Positions 14,450 to 23,259 of a stretch of DNA of 64,000 nucleotides are shown piece after piece. Each line of letters starts with the position of its first letter. The stretch's first letter is position 1. Position numbers and translations under genes: made by a program. The notes under the pieces were generated by a model. It did no database searches. It saw nothing but the letters and a program-made list of their open reading frames with translations, and had not been told where the DNA came from. The DNA lies in contig OY253669.1 in the NCBI GenBank assembly GCA_958009085.1, forward strand, positions 248,001-312,000. Reading direction: 5' to 3'. Source of the stretch: Protoeuglena noctilucae (lineage: Eukaryota).

Positions 14450-14570
14450 CACCATCGGGAAAACCGCGAGTCTGGCGTCAGTAGGATCATCCCCGTGATA
14501 CCCAGGAATCGTGGGGATCATCCCGCTGATCCCGGGGTATCAGAGGGATCATCCCAGTGATCCCACTGAC
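14450..14570. repeat. Left TIR plus subterminal GGGATCA/TGATCCC array
   Basis: Several GGGATCATCCC / GTGATCCC units are visible directly. Confidence 0.8.
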
Positions 14571-15829
14571 GACACAGACTGTAATGTAAACCCTCATTGA
14601 GCCCAGTGATTCCAGCCGCGCGCCCGATCTCCCTGGGGAGGCCGTTTTACGCGGCGCGGTTACGGCCACGGCGCACCCGGGATGCGAGAGGCCGCTGGGA
14701 GCAGTTTCGCGGCATTTCGTCGTGGTCGGGGATCGCGGGGAGCGGGGCCCACTCGGGAGCGCAGCGGCGCCGGAAGCGTTAGCCGAGGCTATCCCGCCGC
14801 CTATCTTCCTTCTCGGCCGCGATCAGACCTATCTTGATCGCGATCGGACGCATCTTTTGGGCACGCGCGCTCCGGGGCCCGCGCGGCCCGGGGGGCTCCG
14901 TTCGGCCCGTAATCGCTCCCTAGCGTAGCTATTGGTATTTCAATCCCTACGCCGAGGTTACATGACCATCCGTGACGCTCTAGGCAACGCACTCATGCAC
15001 GCACATGCAGCCGGACTCGGGCGGCCGCAGGCGCGACGGGAGCGCGCAGCGACCACCGCCAGAGGCACCGACCGCTTGTTCCGGACGCTGCCGCTCCATC
15101 GGGGAGCGGCGCTCCGGCACTCGGGCCAGGCACTCGGGAGATGGTGGCGTGCGCGACTCCGCCGTGCCGACGGCCGCCCCAGGAGTCGATGACCACCGCT
15201 GCGGGGCGCCGCGGACGCCAGACGACAGACAAGGGGCATGGGTCGGCGGACGAGCCATGGCGGGCCCGGCCAGCACCCGACCAGCGCCGGAACTTGGGAC
15301 GAGGTGGCACGTGCGCCTGCGTGCTTGTTAGGCGAAGTTAGAGTCAGTCTCGGGGTGAGAGAGTGCAGGCACGGTGCCAGGTACAGTAAGCAAGTACAGA
15401 GATACCACGCTGGCGGACCAGCCCTTCGTCCCTCCCAGCCAACCAACCCCCCCTTGCACACCTGACCGTGTCGCAGACCCCACCGGTAGCGCAGCAGACC
15501 AACCGCGCACCTCGGGGACAGCGACAATGTCCGACCTGATCTAGTCATGCGTATGCTGCATCTCACCTCACGGGAGCTGGCCCCTCCCCTCCCCAGCCAC
15601 GTCAGCACACCTCGCAGATGGCTCAGCAGCAGGCTGCACTCTCACCCTAGAGAGGGACGATGATCCAGCGCTGTTCGCACCAGCAGCGCCGAGCCTCGCC
15701 TGTGCGCGGTGCTGTCGCTGCAGCCCTGCAATCCACCCCCGCTTGCCTGGAGGACTGACGACCCCTGAGCCTGCCTGACCCACAGAGCGCGCGCTGGACT
15801 TTCCTCACCTCCGCTTCCACGCCCTCACC

Positions 15830-18800
15830 ATGCCCGCCTTGAACCCTGCATCGCAACCTGCGCTGCAGCTCACCATGCTCGAATGCGACGCGTGTGGAAC
15901 GCAATTCGATACCCCGGCCAAGCTCGCCCGGCATCAGCAAAGATGCCCTGCGCTGTGGGGCTGGAGATATGGCGAGGAGAGCCGCCAGGAAGCACCCCGC
16001 CCCGCCGCCCCACACGAACACTATGTCTCTCCGTCTCTGCGAGGCTCGGACGGGCTGGCACGCGACAGCGCCAGCGCGGGACCAGACCAAGAACTGCGGG
16101 AGGAAGACGGGACGGCGGACGTTGCTGCGGGCAGTGATGGCGAGAGCGAAGATGTAGGACTCGCGTGGCTCCACTACGCCGACACGGACGTGGACATGGA
16201 CGTGGACATTGACTCGGAGAGGGGTGAACCGCCCGAGAGCGCCGGAGCGCATGATGCGCCCCAAGAGGACGCTCCTGGAGTCTCCTACCTTCCTGCGCCC
16301 GGGGAGTACGAACCGCTGAAGCTGCCGGAGGACCTGGAGGCATGGCGGGCCAGGAGCAGGGACGGTGACGATGAGTACCTGAGCCAACTTGAAGCAGGGG
16401 CGCAGTTCATGGCATCGCTGACGGCAGCGCATTTCGATTGCTTCGTGAAGCTGCGCCCCGACATCCGCGACGACCTTCTCGACCTCGGGCGCTCCCACCG
16501 CACGTTCCACACCTCACTCAACAGCATCCATGGCCAGTACGAGGTGCGTCACGCCGCGGTGCCGCTTGTGTCGAGGGCCTCGGACGCGGCCGAGGGGGCT
16601 GACGCCAACCAGTGCACGCACGGCCTGCAGGTTTTGCAAGAGGAGGGCAGCACAACCATCATCTACCAAACGATAACGGTGCTGAGGGACATGCTGGTGC
16701 ACGCGGAGCAGATCAAGCCCAAGACGCTCGTTAAGTTGATGCGAGACTTCAGCGAGGCACGGGAACGGTCACGCCAGGCGCGGGCGAGACCACATGAGAC
16801 GCATCCCAGCATCCACGAGAAGCTCACCTTCTCCCGGGCGAAGGGGTATAGCGACATAGCCGAGGCTGTCGCTGGCAAAGTCCGCCCCGAGCTGCACGCC
16901 CGGCTGCTCCTCGTGCCCGTCGCGTACAGCATCGACGGGGTGGAGATGACCAAGGGCGCATCGACGACGCCCATCCACATGCACCTCCTGTCGCCTTGCA
17001 AGGCCGTGAGGACAGGGACGCCGCGAACCGTGGCCACCGTCGAGTCCATGAAGGCGAGAGGAGGATTGCCGGCGTTGCAGCCCACACGTCCACCACCACG
17101 CCGCGTGTATGAGTTGTCGCTCGAGGCCCCCGCAGGTGTCCGGGATCACTCCGGGGTCACAGGCAGACCTGAACAACAGAGAGGCCATCCAGCGGCGGCT
17201 GGCTGCCGTGGACCGGCAGCTGATTGGCGTGGCGAGGTCCGGTGGGGTGTGGATGACCCTCCCCGACGTCGGGAGAGTCATCGTCTTTCCCGTCTTGGCG
17301 GCGCAGCTGAACGACATGATGGCCAACTCGTCCACGCTGGCCGTCAGGTCGTGCCCGCTGTGCCTCCAGGATGACTGCCGCACGCCTCGCACCGTCGCGC
17401 TGCATCGCCTCCAGGTGCAGCACATCCTGCGCTTGAGGAGGGACGTGGGGACGGCCAGGGCCAACGAACAAGCCAGGGAGAGCAAAATTCATCCTGTGGT
17501 TCCTGCCCTGTCGTACTGGGACGAGTTCGGGTCGGACTTGTATCAGGGCCAAGCACCTGACCCCATGCACACCGTGGAACTGGGAATGTTGGGCAAGACT
17601 GTTCCCTTCTGCATACTGACCGTCCTCTACAACAACGCGGCAGCGGGAGAGTCTGCGACAAAGGCAAACGCCCTCTTGGCTGCGTTCGCATCGATCATTG
17701 CGGATGCCAAGGTGAGCTGCAGGTCAGGCAATGGCGTGCGTTGCCTGCAGTGGCGCCGCAGCTGCTCGGTATTCACCTGGCATGTCCATCGTCGTGTGGG
17801 TGGAGCGCAGGCCCCGGCATGGATCCACGCCCGTCCGTGGGGCGAGACCTTCCAGATCGTGCTGAGCCTCGTGGACCCGTTTGGGAAGATAAAGGCGTAC
17901 GAGGCGAGGTTCTTGATCCAAGCTCTGCCTTTCGCCCTCGTCGAGCTCTTCTCTCGAGGCGAGGCCGACAGTCAGCGCTGCGAGGGCATCGGGAGGAGCT
18001 GCGGGTATCGCGATGCGGGCCGGGGAACCCCGGGAGTGTTTCCCCACCACCACATCCCTTGCAGAGCCTACGGGCAGCAAAGACGTGCACGACGAGAGGG
18101 TTGGGCTCGTGGCCGTAGCCCTGGCATGCCTTCAGCTCTATGCCGAATGGTCCCTGGAGAGCGCCACCATCGCAGGGGCGCAGGCGGCGGACGCGCAGCT
18201 GAATAAGGTCCTCCACGTGAGGCCTTCTCCAACACCAGCCCCATCGTTCGCTGCCCCTTACTCACTCTGGAAGCCTTGTCGCTGCCGTGTCGCCGCAGGT
18301 CGTGCTCAAGACGCTGCTGCGTGGCCACGAAATCGTCCGCACGGAGAAGCCCCTCTTCAGCAAGATCGAGAACAGCCAGAAGTGCCACGCGCTTTCGCAT
18401 TTCCCTGCAGTGGTGGCGAGGAACGGCTCCATCATGTTGGGCAGCATGAACGACGCCGAGCGCATGCACAAGCCCATTGCCAACGCGCGCACGAACGGCA
18501 AGGGCGACGTGCAGGTACAGGCAAGAAGCGCCGCCCAGCGTAGGCGACGCGGGGAAGCCCACGCAGGACGCGTTTCTTGCGACTCACACGTCTCGATGCG
18601 GTCGCACGGCGCTCGACCCGCGTGCCATGCTGAGCCGCGCTGGACTGACCCCCGAGCCCTGTCGCAGGCGAGCACCAGCGTCATCTCTCAGAGGGCGGCC
18701 TCCGTCATCAAGAGCCGGGCGAGGGCGGAGCAGCCGGTCCCGTCCCAGCCCGAGGACCAAGTGAAGGGCGTGAAGACCGTCCTGAAGAAGAACGACCTGT

Positions 18801-19333
18801 GCAGCGAGGGACGCGCGGAAGACTTCGTTTCTAAGGCGGACCTCCTGAACGCCCTCAAGGGCGCGGGGCTTCCCTGCCACGTCTTGGGCGAGGTCGCGCT
18901 GACCTCCACGGTCGAGATCGGGACGGCCAGCGGGGACCGGGCCAGGATCGTCGCCACCGACGAGACCCTGTCCTTCGTCGAGTACCTCCCGGACAGGGGC
19001 ACGCTGCAGACGGGCAGGGTCGTGTGCGGGGTTGAGGCGAAGACCAGCTCCGGTGCCGGGACCTTCCTCTGCGCCCTGGTGGCCCCGGTGCACAGGGCCC
19101 CATGCGACCTGAGGTACCTGTCCAACCAGTGCTTGTCGTTCTACACCAACCTGGGAGCGCTGCAGCCTCCCCAGCTGTCGCTCCTGGAGCCTGCGGAGGG
19201 CGAGGCTCTGAAGTGCGTGCCCCTCCGCAACCTTCGGCGGCAGCTTCACGCCGTGAAAGTTGCTGGGAAGCTTCTTCACTGCGGCCACGTGCAGCAGGTC
19301 TGGGAGCACCACGCCAGCGGCGGCGAGGAGTAG
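15830..19333 (+). CDS. Spliced DDE transposase (CACTA/Plavaka-like) with an N-terminal zinc finger
   Basis: Zinc finger CDACGTQFDTPAKLARHQQRC; YSIDGVE (D), NDMMAN...SCPLCL, PDPMHTVELG (DxxH) and KCHALSHFPAVVARNG...AERMHK (KxHxLxH...ExxHK) motifs. About 7 exons join in frame, with stop TAG at 19331-19333. Confidence 0.75.
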
Positions 19334-19869
19334 GTGACCCCAGGAGCTCCCCGATGCTCGCGGTGCCAGGTCCCCGACGCCGGCGATGTCATCTGTATCG
19401 AGATAATTCTCCGAAGCCAGCCCCGCGCCCCCATCCGCAGCGCCATGACGGCGGGGACGGCTCACCTCCCATGCAGCAGCCACCTCCGTGCGGCGTAGCC
19501 GGCAAAGGCGCCGCAGCTAGCGAGATTTAGGTCACCTCAATCCATAGGCCAAGCGCTGCGTGCCCGATCGCGGCCGCGGCGGCGGTAGGCCTGGTCGAGC
19601 ACGGGGACCTCCCCGGCGCCCCCGGGGGCCCGGCGAGCCCGCGAGCTCCCGCTCATCGCATAGATATGGACATCTCACGTTGAACAGCGGCGGCGCAGGG
19701 GAAGCGGACCCCGGATGCGTCGACGGCCCCCGTCTGCATGCTGGAGCAAGCTTTAGGACGCGAGAGGGGCCTCCGAGGCAGTCATTAGCACCAACTAGCA
19801 AATGTGCGGTCTCTCCGCCTCCTCTCGAGCCCCCTGAGCAAACGCGGGGGCGCGCACGCGCAGCAGGGC

Positions 19870-20031
19870 CGCGGCCCGGGATCGCTGGGATCACTGCGGC
19901 AGTGGCGGGGATCGCCGGGATCACGGGGATGATCCCGGCGATTCCCGGGGATCACTGGGATGAATCCAGTGATTCCCGCGATCCTTCTGATCCGAGTGAC
20001 GTCAAATCGCCGGGTTTTCCCGATGACAGTG
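19870..20031. repeat. Right subterminal GGGATC array plus TIR ending CAGTG
   Basis: Repeated GGGATCG/GGGATCA units form an inverted complement of the 14450-14570 array. Confidence 0.8.
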
Positions 20032-20574
20032 TTCACGCCAGTCCGGGTCATACCCCGGGTCATACCCGGCCCCGCCCGCGCCTCAAAAGCCCCGCAGCCG
20101 CCCTCTCGCCGGCAGTTTCGCGGATCAGCCATCGCTCTCGTCGCGCACAGCAGACCTCGCCCTTGATTCGCCCTACAACCAGCCCAAGACTCTCAAAAAG
20201 GAGGACCACCAGCGGCCCACAGGGTGAGAGCGCGCTGACGCCCGTGGCTTATGGCTTCCGCCGCTATGTGTGCATAGGATGAAGGGGGCGCCGTTTGAGC
20301 CCCGCCAGGCGCGCCGCGGCTGCCCTCCTGCGGGGCGTGCTTCGCCGGGCGCGGGGCGCCGGGAGCGCAGGGGTTTGGCTGAGCGACGCCGACGTGCGTC
20401 ATTTGTAGTCACAATTTGTCGTTGCGAGCCCGTCGCCGCCGTTTCCGCTTCGGCCGCTGGCCTGCGGGTGGTCGGAGCATGCCGGAGCACGCCGGAGCAC
20501 GGGAGCTTCCGCGCCCCTGCGCCGGTTCCTGACACGTCCCCCGCCCGTCCAGCACCCGCAGAGGGCTGGGCGCA

Positions 20575-22641
20575 ATGGTGGTCGACGCGGTGACGGAGAA
20601 CGGCGCCGGGGCGCTGTCGACGACGGGGGACGCCCTGGTCGACTTCTTCACGCGCGCGACCGTGCGTGAGGCGACCCCGCGGACGGTCAGCGCCCTGTTC
20701 CGGCGGGCGTGGAACGCCGACAAGGCGGGGGTGGTGCGCGCCATCCGCAACGGGCGCGACTGCCGCGGCGGCAAGGGGGAGCGGACGGCGAGCCTGCTGG
20801 CGCTGGTCGGCCTCCGGTGCATGTGCACCGGCACGTACGTCCGCAACATGGAGCGCTTCTACCTGGAGGATGGGCGGATGAAGGACCTCCTCGACGTCGC
20901 CGACATGCTCCTGACGCGGGCGCCGGGGATGGAGTGCCTCAAACGCGAGGACCCGGACGGGGCGCGGGGGCCCCAGGGGCGGCTGAGGGCGACGGCGCTG
21001 AACCCGCTGGTCGAGCTGCAGTTCCTGGCGACGCGGCTGGCGGAGGACGTGCTGAAGCTGCGGGCCGGCGACGCACGCGTGAGCCTGGCGGGCAAGTGGG
21101 CGCCGTCGGCGGGGGACAGCCTGGACCGCCGGCACCGCCTGGCGACGCGCGTCGCCAAGCTGATGTTCCAGCGGGGGTCCCGGGACATGCCCGAGGGGTG
21201 GGTGGCGGTGCAGGAGGAGGCGGAGGACAAGTTTGGCTGGGGGCGCGTGCTGGAGGCGTACAGGAAGCTGGTGGTGGCGCCCCTGCGCAAGCACCTCCGG
21301 CTGGTGGAGTGCGCCATGTCGGCGAGGTCGTGGGGCGACGTGGATTACGAGCACGTGCCGGCCATGGCCATGCGCAACTACCGCGGCGCCTTTGCGCGCC
21401 ACGACGCCGAGCGGTTCAAGGTGTTCCTGGAGGAGGTGCGGGCGGGCAGGAAGGCAATCAAGGTGGCGGGGCTGGCGCCGCACGACCTGGTGGGGAAGGT
21501 GTCGCACGTGCTGGAGGAGACCCCCGAGGTGGCGGAGGCCATGGAGGTGGTGGAGGCGCAGTGGCGGGAGATGGTGACGCGGGCGCGGGAGCAGGCGGGG
21601 CTGCGGGGCGTGCTGGCGGTGGTGGACGTGTCGGGATCGATGGCGGGCCAGCCGATGGACGTGGCGGTGGCACTGGGCCTGCTGACGTGCCTGGCGTCGG
21701 ACGCCAGCGACCCCTTCCACCGCAAGCTGGTGACCTCCTCGGAGAGCCCGGCCTTCTTCGACGTGCGGGGCGAGACGCTGCGGGAGATGGTCAAGGAGGT
21801 CCAGCGCATGCCGTGGGGCATGAACACGGACCTGGCGAAGGTCTTCCGCATCGTGCTGGAGCTGGCGGTGGAGGCCAAGCTGGCGCAGGAGCAGATGCCG
21901 CGGACGGTGGTGGTGTTCACGGACATGCAGTTCGACCAGGCGGTGGGGGGCGATTCCGAGAGCGGCCCCGAGACGGTGCACGAGGCCGTGCGCGCCATGT
22001 ACGCGGCGGCGGGGTACGAGGCGCCGCGCCTGGTCTACTGGAACCTGCGGCACAGCCACGCGGCGCTGCCGGTGGCGGCGCACACGCAGGGGACGGCGCT
22101 CATGTCGGGGTTCTCGCAACAGCTCCTCGAGGCGTTCGTGCGAGACGAGGAGTTCACGCCGGCGGCGGTGGTAACTGCCGCGCTGGCCAAGTACGAGGTC
22201 ACGGTAGATCCGTTCGAGGAGGACCTCGTGCTGCCGGAGATCGGGGAGGTGGAGGGCGGCGAGGGTGTTGAGGGCGGCGAGGGTGGCGAGGGTGATGAGG
22301 GTGGCGAGGGCGGCGAGGGTGGCAAGGGTGGCGAGGGTGGGGCGGGAGGCCGGGGCCGGGCGAGGGGGCGCGGGCACAGTGGGCGGCGCTCCCGGAGCAT
22401 TTCACCCAGTGTAGCCCCGTGGGCTCGTCCTGCCCAGGTGGAGCCGCGAGAGGTGGGGGAGGCGGTGCAAGCGGAGGGCGGGGAGGGCGGGGGCGGGACG
22501 GATACGGACAGCAGCGAGGACGAGCCGGCTGGCGGCAGCAGCCCGCGCAGTCCCACGGGCCGAGGCCAGGAGAGGAAGCGCGGGCAGGACGCGTGGTGCC
22601 AGGCCCGCCGCGAGAAGAGGCTGCGGCTCTGGGCCAGATAA
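20575..22641 (+). CDS. DUF2828 family protein (C-terminal vWA/MIDAS domain), intronless, 688 aa with a G/E-rich tail
   Basis: TENGAGALSTTGDALVDFF, RDCRGGKGER, SLAGKWAPS, VDYEHVPAMAM, MIDAS DVSGSM, WGMNTDLAKVFRIVL, VFTDMQFD, GYEAPRLVYWNL and LMSGFS, all in one uninterrupted ORF. Confidence 0.88.
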   Translation: MVVDAVTENGAGALSTTGDALVDFFTRATVREATPRTVSALFRRAWNADKAGVVRAIRNGRDCRGGKGERTASLLALVGLRCMCTGTYVRNMERFYLEDGRMKDLLDVADMLLTRAPGMECLKREDPDGARGPQGRLRATALNPLVELQFLATRLAEDVLKLRAGDARVSLAGKWAPSAGDSLDRRHRLATRVAKLMFQRGSRDMPEGWVAVQEEAEDKFGWGRVLEAYRKLVVAPLRKHLRLVECAMSARSWGDVDYEHVPAMAMRNYRGAFARHDAERFKVFLEEVRAGRKAIKVAGLAPHDLVGKVSHVLEETPEVAEAMEVVEAQWREMVTRAREQAGLRGVLAVVDVSGSMAGQPMDVAVALGLLTCLASDASDPFHRKLVTSSESPAFFDVRGETLREMVKEVQRMPWGMNTDLAKVFRIVLELAVEAKLAQEQMPRTVVVFTDMQFDQAVGGDSESGPETVHEAVRAMYAAAGYEAPRLVYWNLRHSHAALPVAAHTQGTALMSGFSQQLLEAFVRDEEFTPAAVVTAALAKYEVTVDPFEEDLVLPEIGEVEGGEGVEGGEGGEGDEGGEGGEGGKGGEGGAGGRGRARGRGHSGRRSRSISPSVAPWARPAQVEPREVGEAVQAEGGEGGGGTDTDSSEDEPAGGSSPRSPTGRGQERKRGQDAWCQARREKRLRLWAR
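22250..22340 (+). repeat. 9-bp coding tandem repeat (GAGGG[CT]GGC) encoding EGG repeats
   Basis: The translation reads EGGEGVEGGEGGEGDEGGEGGEGGKGGEGG. Confidence 0.8.
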
Positions 22642-22839
22642 GTAGGGGTTGTGAATAAGTAGGAGCCCGGCATGGCTGCAGCGCGCTGATGGTGACATGA
22701 GACCGCCATGCTTGTGCTGCTATGGGTTCGTGGTGCGCAGGTGCATTCAAGTGTGGTTAACTTTCCAGCCTCAGATGTCAGCCATCCACTCAGCTTGCCA
22801 CTCTGACAGATAAGGCAGGAGATCTGCAGTTCCTCGCAA

Positions 22840-23015
22840 ACCGCCCCCTGTGCAAGGGGGCTCGCAGCATCCTCGAGCCTCTACCAAGCCTACCCGGGGG
22901 CGCCCGCAGCCACTCCTCCGCTCACAGACATGAGGACGTCGACGGCGCCCCGACGACCGCCCCCTGTGCAAGGGGGCTCGCAGCATCCTCGAGCCTCTAC
23001 CAAGCCTACCCGGGG
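22840..23015. repeat. Perfect 60-bp direct repeat pair separated by a 56-bp spacer
   Basis: ACCGCCCCCTGTGCAAGGGGGCTCGCAGCATCCTCGAGCCTCTACCAAGCCTACCCGGGG occurs at 22840-22899 and 22956-23015. Confidence 0.92.
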
Positions 23016-23259
23016 TGCTGGCAGGGGTTCCAGGTGTGTGGCGTGTATGCTTCCTTCTGTGCATGGCGCTGGCGATCTTTTGTTATGCGTTTCTGCCAGG
23101 ATGGTGTTTGCGCGACATCTTTCTGATGCTTTCTCTGACGTCCTTTTGCCAGTCATCGCAGGTATCCTGTCAACCCAGCTTGTCTCTTTCGATCGAGGAA
23201 TTGCGCTGGCATATCGGCCCTCGGGTCCTGGCCGCGCCTCGCGGCGGGGTCGGGGTTGA

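Larger units (their letters stand above)
14450..20031 (+). mobile_element. CACTA/CMC-superfamily (Plavaka-like) DNA transposon, ~5.6 kb, with imperfect TIRs and subterminal repeats
   Basis: Inverted ends are CATCGGGAAAACC (14453-14465) and GGTTTTCCCGATG (20013-20025), and the right end finishes ...CAGTG at 20031 (CACTG on the minus strand). Exact 16-bp inverted matches occur at 14484-14499/19920-19935 and 14549-14564/19948-19963. A transposase lies inside. No clear TSD. Confidence 0.75.

Noticed and set aside
14440..20040. Target-site duplication for the transposon
   Set aside because: The flanks (GCC before 14450, TTC after 20031) do not match, so no TSD is claimed.
20173..22377. 734-aa antisense ORF and 520-aa alternate-frame ORF over DUF2828
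   Set aside because: These are shadow ORFs expected from very high GC3 codon usage; they are R/P/H-rich with no domains.
22840..23015. CRISPR array interpretation of the hairpin repeat-spacer-repeat
   Set aside because: There are only two repeats, 60 bp is longer than typical CRISPR repeats, the context is eukaryotic and no cas genes are present.
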